From Torpedo marmorata (taxonomy: Eukaryota): a stretch of DNA of 64,000 nt. The translations under genes were made by a program, and so were the position numbers. The stretch spans positions 94,922,001 through 94,986,000 of the forward strand of contig OZ360222.1 in NCBI GenBank assembly GCA_977017645.1, given 5' to 3'. Under the pieces are notes generated by a model. The model was not told the DNA's origin. It saw only the letters and a list, made by a program, of their open reading frames with translations, and did no database searches. Below, piece by piece: positions 49,870 to 63,443 of this stretch; within the stretch, counting starts at the first letter, position 1, and each line of letters opens with the position of its first letter.

Positions 49870-52800
49870 TAGAATCTTGCTCACTGAAGTCAGTCAGATA
49901 AATTGATCATATGTTGTCCATCCAGAATGGACTTTCTATATAAACTGCTCCCTTAATCTTCCACCTTCTCTTCCTGCCCCCACACTAGAGGAAAGGGCTG
50001 AACCTGCACTGTTGCCAGCAGAAGAGTGCACTTGATCAAGGATTGGATGGAATATCCATACATCCCCTGATGGGAAGTTCTGCTTTAACTGCCAATGTTC
50101 GATAATGTCACAGGAGATACCATGGATTTCATTGTTATCACCTTTTCATCTTCTGCATGGACTTGGGATTAGATTCAATAGCTAGGTAAAGAGAGCATAG
50201 TGCTTATTTACAAGTTCTCACATTCTGGCATGGTGGCAAATTGAAAGTGTTGCAACTACTAACCATATTTCTGGCAGAAACCATCAAGATCTTCCAACCA
50301 TGATTATAAAATAGCACGTATCAAAATGTTTTCAAAATACTGTCCTGCAGTTTCAAAATAATTTAGGGTTGATCGATCCACTGTGCATTTGACACATGCC
50401 ATCAACTGTACTGATGTCCAGCTTGGCAGTACTGATATCACATCAGTGTTGCGCAGGATTGCAGATCATGATCTTTCTCCACTGTATTTCTCCAGTCTAC
50501 GCAAGCATTGCCTGATCTATCACCCTTTAATTATATGGAAGGCTGCAAATCATGCTGCAATTATGTACTTGCACACTGCACAGTAAAATCAAAGCATTTT
50601 AGCATCAAAGACACCTTAAAATTTGCACAACAGAGCTCAATTTCACAATATTTTGTATTGTGTTTCTATCATTTATATTATCTCTTTCAGTTTATCAGCA
50701 TCGATACCCCATTCAGTAAACTTATGATGTTGCTCCTCTAAAACAGACACCAGGTTTGCTTCTGATACAAATCTGCAGGTCAAACTGCTGTTAACTGCTT
50801 CATTTCATATCTGCGCATTATAAATATTAGTACTGTCCAACTTGATTGTCTCTAAATGTTCAATAATTAAACTGCCAAATGGTCCTGATGGTATTCTCAT
50901 TAATCAATTTTATTTTACTCTATAATTATTTAATAACCTTATGTGACAAATGGAAATCTATGAAAATATGAAACAGAGAACAATACTGGCCACTGTTTCC
51001 TTTGTTAATTATTTTTTCTTTGCTTTTCCATTAAACTTTTAAAGAGGATTCAAACAGATGACCTGCCTCAAATCAAAAGAGAAATCACATCAGAAATCAT
51101 ACCAAAGCACACTAACAGCTTTTAGATACTAAAATATTGCTGTGCAATACTTTGTTCTCCATTGAAAGAAGAATATTGTTTTTTTCATAGCACAACATGC
51201 AGTGAAAGTAAAATTTGTAGAAGTACTTAATCTGGAATTCAGCATACTTTCTTCAAAACCAACAAATATAAAATAAATTGATTTATTAGCACTCCTTTAA
51301 CCAGTAATTTATTATTATTTCATTTTGCAGTACCCCCACCATTCCTTGACATAACCCTTTTTGAAAATGTTGTTGCAGTCTTTCATGGCTTCCCATCCGA
51401 TCTTTTGTTTCCTGATAACAGAAATTATTCCATATACACACTGACAAAAGTCTTATGAGTTTGCAGCCCTTCACATTTATTTTAGTTACCAGAGGACATT
51501 GAACACATTTATGATCGTAGTAGGTGGAACTCTTTTTCAAAATAGAATTGCTCATAGGAAACCCTGATCAGATATAGATACCTGTATAAAACAGAATGAT
51601 TTCCAGGCTGATCTCTAATCTAATCTGAATGAATAGCAAACCTTGAATTTACTACTCAATTAATATTTGTTTTGTAAAATCAAAATATATAAATTAACTT
51701 AATTCTATTTGTGATAAAGACCTTTCAGTTCTCTGTATGTTGGTGAGATCTTCAGTACTTGCCGAATAAAATGGAAGAAAGCATCCAATTATTTCACAAT
51801 TTCAGGATTAATAAATAGTATTACAATCATGAAATTAAAAATGACAATATTAAAACAATAGATGGATTACATCCTAGTGAAGTAATTTTTAACATTGCAT
51901 CTGGTTCTCAGTCACTAAATGAGAATCGTTGTTTCCAATGTTAAACAGGAGACACATACTCAAGTGTAAAGTTTGAAAACAAAAATGTCCAAAGCCAACA
52001 CTTGAAACAAACGTTAGTGTTTCGAAAAGGAAAAAAGTAGATAACTGCACCAACTCTCATTACTTCCAAATTTCCTTCCCATCCACCCACAACTCATGAC
52101 TTTTTAAACTAATCTCAGGCTGCTTAGCATACTCGTACTCGGGGCATACACGAGCATGCATGTACAGAAAGAAAATGAAGCAATGGAGACAATATCGTTC
52201 TGTTTTGTTAAGATGTTACAAAGATGAGCAAGACTAATAATGGAGAATTAGGTTCTAAAACTTATTTCTACAAACAAAGAAGTTGAAGCCAAGGTGAAAT
52301 ACATGCTTCATTCCAAATTTTGAAGGGTTCTAATGCTTAAATGGGGAGAGTTTTTTTTTTCCTCCTGGTTGGCAGTATGAAAAAGTTGATGAGTTAACAA
52401 AATCGTTATGCAAAGACATAAATAAATGGGGAAGAAATTAGTTCTTGGTTGGTAATATTTAACAGGTGCCATAGCATTGGTCATCTAATGAAGTCTGAAT
52501 TAAACTGAATTCCCCTTTAGCACTCGCATTTACAAACAAACATTTACAAACAAACTCCACAACAATTTATCATTATGGACAACTATTTTTTTGTGTGAAA
52601 GAAGAGTACATAACTATTGCAATAGATCAAAGTATATTTCAATCAGGACACTGACATATAAGATTGTACAAACACAATAGATCCTCCCTGCTTCCATTAT
52701 TCTTTTAGGGTGACCAGCATTGTTAATAGTAGATTTTTTTAATATATCTAATGGAAGGCAGATAATCTTGCATTTCTTCACTTCCACCAAGCTCTGAATA

Positions 52801-53201
52801 CTATGGGTGTATATCAAAATGGACAAAGGTTCAAAGGATGATGTTACCTTCTTGGATGTATGTTTTCAAGTCAGCTGTAAAAACCATATTTAGCCTGCTT
52901 AGTTACAAAGCTCAACATTAATGTATTGCACTACTACTGAGCTTTTTAACTAAGGTTATCAAATATGGTCCCCTTAAATAATTTGAAAACATATTATATA
53001 TTTTTGTATTTTTCTTGAAGTAGCATTGAGAGTTATTGTTATGCAATAGCTGCTAAAAAAAGCATTAGACAGTCAATGCAGTTTAAATGTACCTTTAAGA
53101 ACTAAATGAGAAAAGTATTATGACTTTTGTACATTCCTAAATACACTGCCTTTAATTTAAAAATTATGCTTCTCTGGTGCCTCTATTACTTGACTAAATG
53201 A

Positions 53202-54383
53202 TGTTACGAACTAACAAACCTTGCTAGTACTAACAAAGAAACAGCAATGGAATATGCACCAGACAATGGTAAATTCAAAAATAGTTTTTATTTAAACTAT
53301 TAATAACATAACATATCTTACTTATCTCTAAACTTAACTCCAACTTAAACCCCACTATGCGCAAATGCAAATGTGTGTGTGTTAAAGTCCAACCTAGTTC
53401 AGTTCAAACTTAATTCTGAAAAAGTCAATTTTTAAAGTCCAGTTTCCAACTTCTTTTGTTGAACTTCAGGATCCCTTTAAATTGTGATTCAGAAATTATT
53501 ATAAAGCAAGAATGGAATATTCAATTTCTTTCAAACTCACACATCTTTTGATGAGTTGTCTTTCAGAGATAGTCTTCATACGAGTGTTCACAAGGTTCCC
53601 CCTATCTTGTTAGGGTTATGGAACTGTAATCTTCAAAATGATTTCTTTCTTAATCAGGAGTAACATACGCTGATGTCCTCTTTTCTTAGAAACAATTTGA
53701 AAGTGGTCTTACTTATTTTAAAAGCCACTTATATGGTGTATCTCCTATGATAAGGATAATACACAGAACAGCACCTCCTCACTCAGAGATCACTGTTCAG
53801 ACTTAATTCTGCCTTTCCAGAATATTAAAGTTCTTCAGACTTTATATCTTCGTCTTTCCGAAGTCTCAGAGTTTTCTCTAGTATGGTTCAATCTGCCTCC
53901 AAAATGTCTCTCTGGTTTCATTATATATTTCTGACATCATGTGACATTACATCACCACAATTTTAGTTTCATTTTCAGAAAGCATTACCTCATGCCTTTC
54001 TTCAAAATCACTTACATCTGACCTCATCTCTGTTCCAAGAGGTTTAAGTGATTACGACTCCGAATAGTCTGGCATATGTCACTCAAATGGCACTTGAGTT
54101 TGCAACAGCTGCTATCATAAGGCTTTTAAAAACCACTTCAGTTTTTAAATCACTTAAATGTTTTTAAGCAACCACCAGGTTTTATGGCTTTTGTCTTTCA
54201 TAGACTTGTCGACTCCGAAAGACTCCCAGCTCCAATTTCTTTCTCTCAGTAATAGTTTTTTTCTCTGCAAATGTGCCGTGACCTGTGTGTGACCCTGTAC
54301 CAGCCCACAACTAACCTTACTAAGATATCTAATTCTATAACTTAACTTTAAATATTAATATTAACATTAACACATCCGTCACA
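53202..54383. mobile_element. Solo LTR (about 1.18 kb), 4-bp TSD, Gypsy/ERV-like
   Basis: Termini TGTTACG...CGTCACA; TSD ATGA at 53198-53201 and 54384-54387; no internal ORF. Confidence 0.75.
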
Positions 54384-56118
54384 ATGAGCAACACCAAAAA
54401 ACCTATTAAGGTACCAAGGAGATTAAGATGATAAAACCTGAGGAGAGAATGGGACAATGCAACATCAACAGATGTTTTCTATGTACAGCAGCGATGGGCA
54501 GGCAGCAGATGAAGATGCTGGAAAATTGTGCGATTTCCAGACTTTATTTTTATTCTGAAGACTGGTAAATGACAGATTCCAGCTGAAGCCCACTGAAACG
54601 CTGGACTTCACTTTTTTGAAAGTGTGCAGAATAGCTGCCAATATGAGAAGGTGTGAAAAACATGAAACAATCTTATGAAAGGTTCATTTCTAAGTTGCAA
54701 GATGATGGGTTTGTCATCACGTGAATACAAAAGATAGGAGGTTTTGTCTTGGATTTAATGGAAGCCACCTAACCTCAAAATGGCACTTTAAAATGCCCAA
54801 GTGGCGTAATTGGTACAGCATAGGCAGTGTTTCACAGGTCAGAGCAAGAAAGACAGAAATCTCAATTTGCCTTCGATACAAGTGAGTAAGACTTAATGAA
54901 TGCCAGGGTACTTACCGTTCACACAGCTGAATTGGACAATGATCATAAATAGCAGTTAAGCCAAACAGAATCTATTGTATCCTCAAGGAGATTGATTAGT
55001 ATTAAATAAAGTTATAATGACCTTATTCATTGAGTAAACAATTATAAGTGTGCACATTAATAACAATGGAAAGTTGGTCTGTTAAAGGTCAAGATGCATG
55101 TTGAAAGTAGCTCATTCACTTTGCTTTGAGGCAGAACAAAATAATATTGGATGCATACGCAGGAGGTTTCTCCATGTTCGAGGGAGAACTGTTTGGTCGC
55201 CAGTAGAAATTTCCTGTTGCCTTTCCTCATTTTTGCCCCGTAAAATATACCAGCGATCATGCACATGGAGTCACTTTGTGCTCAAGAGGATCACAGAATG
55301 GAACATAAAGTATCCAGGAGAGTTTACACATCAGGATCAATTGGGCCTGCACAAAGAGACCTCAGATCTAAGAAGATACTGCCAGACCAGAGTCACACAC
55401 AAAGCAGCCATGGTAAGCATGACTGATGTAACAATTCTCACAATAGCTAAAGGAACGTAACTTGAGATGAGAATGCAGTGAATGCAAGCAGCTCTCTCCA
55501 CAAGAGCATGATGTCAAAAATGGGTGCCAATGTATTGCTGGAATTTGATGACAATCCATCTGACAAGCAATCTAAAGCTGCAATTAAATGCAGTGTTCAT
55601 CTTTGCAGAGGTGATAGAGCAGTTTGGAGTTGGAGCAAAGGGTTGTACAATGCAGAGCCAAGGCTGGCAGAGGTAGTGAATAGAAATATAATATACTGTG
55701 AACTGGGAACTGGATTTGCAATGAGAGATGGTAGCATCAACAAACGCACATCTTCCACAAGAGCCTGGAAAATGAAACCTACCTTGATGAAACATGACTG
55801 ATTTGCTTAGTATTTCTGCATGCATTGTCAAATTTTTCTCAAGGGAAATATGAAGTTTGGCAAGTCTTTCCTCCCCCCCGCCCCAAGTGCCTCGGTGTCG
55901 CATTGAGAATGGAAATATTCAGGTGTGGATAAGGCTATATAGCCAAGCCAGATCCCTGCCTTCATGACATACATAGAATAGTGAGGATTTTCCTCAAGTT
56001 ATAGACATGCTGGGCTGACTGTTGGATTGTTTCTATATAAGGATTGGGATTGCCTTCTTAACTTGAAGTCATCAAGTGAAGCAGCTGTTGCACAATGATG
56101 ACAACCTAATGCCATGTA

Positions 56119-56800
56119 TTGAGAGTCCTGAAAGAGATACTGAAAAGTGTAATGACCGAATTGAAAAGGCCACCGGATATACTTCTATATGCAACCCAGG
56201 AGAAAGTTTTAGCTTTTACTATGCTGATAGCCAGACGGGCAATTCTATTGAAATGGAAAGAAGATTCTTCACCTACGCATACACAGTGGTTACACGATGT
56301 AATGTCTTGTTTAAGTCTCGAAAAAATTAGATACAACATTAAAGACAATAACTTTCAATTTGATAAGATCTGGGGCCCATTCATGGAATATTATCACGAT
56401 TGGAAGATTTAAGAGGTTTGGATGCTCCGAGGATTCTTTGACTGGTGTCTGGAGGTTGCTGTTTGATCCATATTTTACCCTTCTTTTTTCCTAAATGGTA
56501 ACCTTGATTAGAGGAAGGGGTTAGATTAGAATTAGGTTAGTTTTGTTTTTTTTGTTGGATTTTTTCTTTTTTTTTGTTCCCTTTTATTTTGAGTAATTGG
56601 GAAATGGGTTTAGTTATGTCTATTACTGTTTATTTTTTTAAAATCAAATAGAATTTAACTTTGATCTATATGGAAAATAGTTCTATGTAGTTCCAATAAG
56701 TTATACTATATGCATACGAAAAGATTTATTATCTGTCTATTACGGATCATGTATATATGATATATGTTAAACTTAATAAAAATATTTTAAAAAGAAAAGA
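56119..56800 (+). mobile_element. L1 3'-end fragment (another family)
   Basis: LIARRAILLKWK...WLHDVMSCLSLEKIRY...KIWGPF, then a T-rich 3'UTR, AATAAA and A-tail. Confidence 0.88.
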
Positions 56801-57809
56801 ATTGAAAAGGCAATCCAGAAGGGGAAAGTCAAAGGAGGTGACTTTGTGAATTCAAAAGAGATGACATGAAAGAGGAGATGTCTGGTCTCTGGAGTAAGGC
56901 AGAGTGAGAATCTGGATGGAAGACAGTATGAAAGTAAAGGTAACAAAGTTAGAGAGCCTGAAGACAAAAAATATAAAGTAGAGATTGTGATTGAGTTCAT
57001 GGTATCCAGAAATGTACCAAATACAACTATTTTGGTAGTTAAAAGATATTTAGCCCAGTATTAAGTTTTCTGTGAACATTCAGAATTTAAAATGTGTACA
57101 ACGTATTGACAATTAAACAAAAAATGTTGAAAATACAAATGCTGAACAAGACACAAGATCAGGTGTGTTTGAAAACATCTGTTGCTGTAAGTGGATACTT
57201 CATGGCTCTTAATTACAACACAGTATAGGACTTGCAGATGACAAGACTAATGGACTGAATACATTTATGATTGGGCACACTTGATCATATCATATTTGTA
57301 AAAAGATCACTGATTGTCTAATTTTATGTAGATAGTTTGTGCTTTGTATATGTGAGTATTACTTTTTTTTTAAATTGTAAAGCAGGATACCATGTGTGAA
57401 AGTGTACAGTAAATGTTGAATGCTCTATGGTATGACTGATAATTAATGGCATTATCTCTTCCAAATAGTTACTGATTTCATTGAAGAATGTTTTGTTGAA
57501 AACAATTATAATATCTATATTAGAAGCAGTTCTCCAGAATGATAAAAGTTTGTGTTCTCAATTTGACATATTTGAACTGCAGGATCAACATCAGACATTC
57601 AGAATGGTTGATAAAATCATTGTACTCTGATCTTCTGAAACAAGTGAATTCTGCAACAAAAAACTGGACAAAAAAGACTATGGTTTATTGATAATGCTAT
57701 AAATGTTAATTATTATTCCTTCAATTGAAAATAAAATCTGATAAAGTAATAGTCCTCAGTGGGAGAAATGTGCGTGCTCAGTATATCAGAGAATAATGCA
57801 TTTTTCATT

Positions 57810-58600
57810 TTGAAACAAAGAACTGCAGATTCGGGAGATTCCAAGCACAACAGAAAATGCTTGTAACATGTCAAGTAGCATATGTGGGGCAGAAAACATT
57901 TCTGCTCAAGGACTCTTCATCACATGTAGAAAAGTATCAAAACATGATGAAGTTGCCAAGAGAGGATTAAGCTAAGTGTAGAGATCATAGGCATTATCCA
58001 TGATTGAGTGCAGGTGAAAGTTGTCAAGATAAAAATTGTTTTAAAAGCTAGAAATAAGGACTGAAAAGTAAAAGGAAACAAATAAATATAGAGAAGGATA
58101 AAAATGGAAACTGTAATGATTCAACTGTAATGGAAACTGCCATCTGTAATAATACAACCACATCTTCCCTTCCCTCCCCTCCCCTTTCAGCATTCCAAAG
58201 AGATTACTCTCCACCACTCCATGATCCACTTTTCCATCTCCCCTTCTCAAAGCACTTTCCCATGTGACTACAGTAGATACAACATGCATCTTTTTACCTC
58301 TTCGTTTCCCACTGTCCAAGGACCCCAACTGTCCTTCACTCAATTCATTTATGCATCTTTCAACTTAATGCTCACAATATGGTCTCTTCCACCTTGTAGA
58401 AACCAGATGTAAATTGAGTGGCCACGTTAGCGAACACCTCTCTTCAGTCCACAAGGGGAACCCTGATCTTCCATTGATATTCCATCTGATTCCCTGATAT
58501 TCCATCTCTGTCATTTTAATTTTCTGTCTTACTTCTGTCTTCAGCCTCAGACAGTGCTCCAACAATGCCTATCAGTTCTGGAAGCACCTGATCTTTTAAT
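57810..58600. mobile_element. Highly degraded Penelope-like remnants (minus-strand terminus near 57810-57930, plus-strand GIY-YIG region near 58150-58600)
   Basis: AAGAACTGCAGAT...AGAAAATGCT...CTTCATCA resembles the PLE terminus; CATCTTCCCTTCCCTCCCC..TTTCAGCATTCC resembles 38740-38780. Confidence 0.55.
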
Positions 58601-59137
58601 AAATTATTTTTTTTAGTGAATTAGTACATTTTTGTATTTAAAAATACAAAGTAGGGTAAAATTAGTGGATCAAACAGCTTTACACAACATTTCTGCTGCA
58701 GTAAAATGTGTTTTCTTTCTCACATAACCAATAGCACTGAGAGACCTTTCCTGAGACTACCTAGACGTGCACACTTGGCATTCAAGGAATGCTCTTTCCG
58801 AACAACAAACACAAGGAATCAGCAGGTGACAAAGTAACTTTGCATAGATCCTCAGATAAAACTAGTCTAGTTGGCTACTTAATTCTCAAAACAATGGGAC
58901 AACACAAGCTGATGAACAGCCTGTGCTTTTTTTCAACCTTCTGCTCTGCAGTTGCTGAATTCTAACTTGCAATTCATATGCAACCCCTCAGTGTTACCTA
59001 ATAGACAATAATCCCATGCATTTCAAAGGTATTGTTAACGATGTGAAAAGTCCTTCAGCAAACCATAAAAATATCTGAAAAAATATTATTGTAATATTGA
59101 GATAGACTCTTTTTCCAGAGTTCAAAGGCCTTGGACA

Positions 59138-61671
59138 GCAATACAATCTGTAGTTATAGATGTGGCAGGTAGATATGTTTTAATACATTGCCAGATAAAC
59201 TCAGAATTTTGGACACTTATGAATTTGTATGTACCAAATGTGGATGATGAACAGTTTATTCAAGATTCTTTTTTACATTTGTCAGAAGCTAATGAGAATA
59301 TTTTAATTGGTGGGGATTTTAATTGTTATTTAGATCCAATAATGGATAAAACTTCAAGATCACTTGCTAAAACTAAAATTGCTAAAATAATTCTTACTTT
59401 GATGAAAGATTTAAATTTAATAGATATTTGGAGAAAATTGAATCCTAGAGAAAAAGATTATTCTTTTTATTCTTTTAGACATGACTCATATTCTAGGATA
59501 GATTTATTTTTATTGTCTTCACAGGTTCAAGATAGAATAACGCAAGCATCTTATAAAGCGAGAATAATTCCTGATCATTCACCTTTATTAATATCTTGTA
59601 TAATTCCAGAAAAAGAGAAAACTGTATATAGCTGGAGATTTAATTCTTCTTTACTAAAAAGAAAAGATTTTTGTGATTATATGAGAAGGGAAATTCAGGA
59701 ATTTTTAACAAATAAATTCTAATTCTACTGATAATAAATTTATTATTTGGGAAGCTTTAAAGACTTATTTAAGAGGTCAAATAATAAGCTATTCAGCTAA
59801 AATTAAGAAGGACCAACTTCGGGAGGTAAATAATTTAGAGAAGGAGATTGAATGTTTGGAGAAAGATTTGCAAAAAAATAGATCAATTCAAAAAAGGAAT
59901 AATTTAGTTGGGAAAAAATTACATTATAATTTACTACAAACATATAAAATGGAAAAATTAATTGAAAGAACTAAACAAAGATATTATGAGTTAGGAGAAA
60001 GAGCCCATAAAGTATTAGCATGGCAATTTAAAAAAAAATCAAACTTCTAGAACTATAAATGCTATAAAAAAAGAATTCTAGGGAAATAACCTATAAACCT
60101 CGAGAAATAAATGATTCTTTTAAAGATTATTATTTGAATTTATATAAATCTCAGATTGATCAAGATGATTCTAAAATTAATAGATTTTTATCTAAAATTA
60201 CATTACCTAAATTAAATACTCAAAGTAGGGATTTTTTAGACTTGCCTTTCTCAATGAGGGAAGTTAGCGAAGTTCTTACCTCTTTAACGAGTGGTAAATC
60301 TCCAGGGGAAGATGGATTTCCATCAGAATTTTATAAAGAGTTTAAAGATTTATTGATACCTCCGTATATAGATGTATTGAAGCAAATTACGGAAACTCAT
60401 TTGCTACCGGATATATTTTTGAATGCAATAATTACAGTTATACCTAAAAAAGACAGAGATGTATTGAAAACTGAATCATATAGACCTATTTCATTGTTAA
60501 ATGTAGATTATAAGATAATGGCAAAAATTTTAGCAAATAGAATGGCTAATTATTTACCAGAATTAATCCATATAGATCAAGCTGGTTTTATTAAAAATAG
60601 ATATTCAAAAGATAATATAGCTAGATTAATTAGTTTAATTAATGTGTATAAAAAGAAGGAAGATTTACCATTAGTATTAATGCTAGATGCTGAAAAGGCT
60701 TTTGATAGATTAGAGTGGAATTTTTTATTTAAGGTATTGGAAAAATTTGGTTTCGGGACTACATTTATTAATTGGATTAAAACTATATATAAAGAACCAT
60801 CTGCTAAAGTAATTACAAATGGACAAATTTCTTCAAGATTTCCCCTGACTAGATCTACTAGACAAGGATATCCTCTGTCACCAGCATTGTTTACTTTAGC
60901 AATAGAACCTTTGGCAGAATTAGTTAGAAAAGATGTTAAAATTGTAGGTATTAAAGTTGGAACGGAAGAACATAAAATTAGTTTATTTGCAGATGATGTA
61001 TTGATATATATGACAAAACCTACTACATCTTTAGTACAATTGTCTGCTTTATTGAGAGAGTATGGGGAAATATCTGGATATAAAATTAACTCTGATAAAA
61101 GTGAAATTATGGCATTATCACAAGGGGATTACAGTAAATGTAAAGAAATTACACAATTTAAATGGGCAAAAGAGGGAATTAAATATTTGGGAAAAAGATT
61201 GATACAAAATTGGCTAATTTATATACATTAAATTATCTACCCTTGTTTATGAAGATAAAAAAAGATTTGGAAAATTGGAAAGATTTACCTATAACTTTAA
61301 TGGGAAGAGTAAATTGTATTAAAATGAATGTTTTTCCAAGAATACAATATCTTTTTCAATCAATTCCTTATGAAATTCCTCAAAATTTTTAAAAAGATTT
61401 AAATTCAATTGTTAGGAAATTTTTATTGAAGGGAAAGTTGGGAAGGGTAGGTATAGAAAAATTAACTTGGAATTATGAAATGGGTGGTTTACAACTTCCT
61501 AATTTTCAAAATTATTATAAAGCAGCTCAATTAAAATTTATTAATCAATTTTTTGATTTAACTAAATCTTCTGCTTGTATTAGAATAGAATTAAATAATA
61601 TAGGAGAAGATTCTAAAGAAGAAGTTATTTATAAATGGGATTCTAAATTAATATCAACAAAAAGGAAAAAT
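59138..61671 (+). mobile_element. L1 family A, 5'-truncated, frameshifted, cut at 61671 by a younger copy
   Basis: ORF fragments 59162-59722, 59856-60050, 60134-61231, 61210-61392 and 61426-61671 are collinear with ORF2. Confidence 0.92.
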
Positions 61672-61804
61672 GGGGGGGCGTGTCGTGATGGCGTAGGAAG
61701 AAGACGCAGAGATACACCTCTCCCAGCAGATAAAACTAAGAAGACTTTTTAAATAACTCAAAAAAATCAAGAACATCACAAAAAGTGCTATAACTACTTT
61801 AAGA

Positions 61805-63175
61805 ATGGCTGGCAGAAAAACGAAAGAACAAAGAGCTAAGAAAACCATGGTACAAACAACTTTATTACATGAAGAGAAAAGGCCTACCTTGGAGATGGAG
61901 CCTGGGACTGTCCTGCAGTTGAAGCCTGGTAAGCGACCTGGCAAACGCTTATCTGAATCGGGAGCGCCGACGCCACCTCCGCAGGGAGCTGCGGAAGATG
62001 GCGCCGGCGCCCGATCTAAAACTACAAAAAGATTGGAAGAACAAGCGTGCATGCGCAGAATCGCCGATTTACAAATGCAATTATACGAGGCCAGCATGAC
62101 GTCAGCGGAGGCTTCCCAGACCATACTACAGGCTGGGAAGCCTGCATTATCGTCGGAATCTGAAGGGGAGAAAGAAGATAGCCAGCTGGGAGAAGAAGAT
62201 ACTGAAGATTTTGACGTGTATGAAGGTGATATGCAGAGAAAGTTATCTTTAATTCAAGATAATATTTTACAGGCTATAGCAAAATTGGAAAGGAAAATGG
62301 ATGCTAAGCTTAATTTGACTATAAGTAAAATACAAGATGAATTTACAGAAGTAAAACAGAATATGGGAAGATTGGAGAGTGCTGTAAGTAAAGTGGATGA
62401 GAGAGTTAAAAGAATGGAAGAGGAAACTGAAAATAATAAGCATGAAGTTGAATATTGTAGAGATAGAGTGGATAAGATGGAAGATACTTTTACTGGATGG
62501 CAAAAGCAAAGAGATGAAATGATGCTGAAAATAGAACAGATGGAAAATCAAAGTCGCAGAAATAATGTGAAAATATTGGGAATACCTGAAAATTTTGAAC
62601 CTTTAGATACGACTAAGTTTTTTCAAGACTGGTTGAAGCAGACTTTTGGATTTGACCAACCAATAGAGCTTGAACGTGCTCATAGGATTGGAAGGAGAGA
62701 TCAGATAGATCGGAGACCACGTCCAATTTTGATAAAGTGTTTAAGATATCAAGACAGAGAAAGAATTATAAGATCAGCAATTCAATATACACGAGATCAT
62801 GGTGCTCCGATACAAATTCAAGAGAACAGAATTCTCTTCTATCCTGATTTGAGTCCTATGTTGGTCAAACAACGTAAAGAGTTTAATCCTGCTAAGGCAA
62901 AGTTATGGGAGAAAGGCTACAAATTTTCGTTTAAATATCCGGCGACTCTGAGAATTCAAAATGGTGATGGTTCTCTATTATTTATGGATCCTCGACAAGC
63001 CTTGTTACATGCAACTAATCTTCCGAATCTGAGAAGAGTTTATACTGTGGGTGCTATTCAACAAGCGCAAGAAAGTCAAGTAAGAAGAGAGAATGAAAAG
63101 CCAGGTTTGATAACTGAAGAAGCTGCCTTGGTTCAGATTGAAGAAGAAAGTGAAAATTTGAGAGGAGTTAATTGA
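61805..63175 (+). CDS. L1 ORF1p (456 aa), intact
   Basis: Coiled coil followed by ENQSRRNNVKILGIPE, LERAHR, PRPIL, FYPDLS and KYPATLRI. Confidence 0.95.
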   Translation: MAGRKTKEQRAKKTMVQTTLLHEEKRPTLEMEPGTVLQLKPGKRPGKRLSESGAPTPPPQGAAEDGAGARSKTTKRLEEQACMRRIADLQMQLYEASMTSAEASQTILQAGKPALSSESEGEKEDSQLGEEDTEDFDVYEGDMQRKLSLIQDNILQAIAKLERKMDAKLNLTISKIQDEFTEVKQNMGRLESAVSKVDERVKRMEEETENNKHEVEYCRDRVDKMEDTFTGWQKQRDEMMLKIEQMENQSRRNNVKILGIPENFEPLDTTKFFQDWLKQTFGFDQPIELERAHRIGRRDQIDRRPRPILIKCLRYQDRERIIRSAIQYTRDHGAPIQIQENRILFYPDLSPMLVKQRKEFNPAKAKLWEKGYKFSFKYPATLRIQNGDGSLLFMDPRQALLHATNLPNLRRVYTVGAIQQAQESQVRRENEKPGLITEEAALVQIEEESENLRGVN

Positions 63176-63443
63176 ATATTAAATGTATGATTAATTATCT
63201 GTTTGGGGGAGGTGGACTCATTGGGACTTTTTCCGAAACCACCACCACTTTAGCGGTTGTACCGCTTCTCGAGCGACGGAGGGGGGTAGCACTGGGATAT
63301 ATACAGTCCAGTGTTAATTATGGGATGTTCTTTTTTCTTGCTTTTCTATTATTTCACTCTATTTGAGGAGAAAATATGTAATCAACGGAATAGGAGGGAT
63401 GCGTCGGCGGATCTGACAGATAGAGAATGTTTAAAATTTAATT

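Noticed and set aside
55050-56060. Cluster of short ORFs, possibly an ancient LINE remnant
   Set aside because: Only vague similarity by eye; no diagnostic motif recovered.
57890-57925. Third hammerhead candidate (also near 18845-18875)
   Set aside because: The core and stems are too degenerate to support a ribozyme call.
61426-61752. ORF2 fragment with a novel C-terminus
   Set aside because: Read-through from the interrupted L1 into the 5'UTR of the inserted copy.
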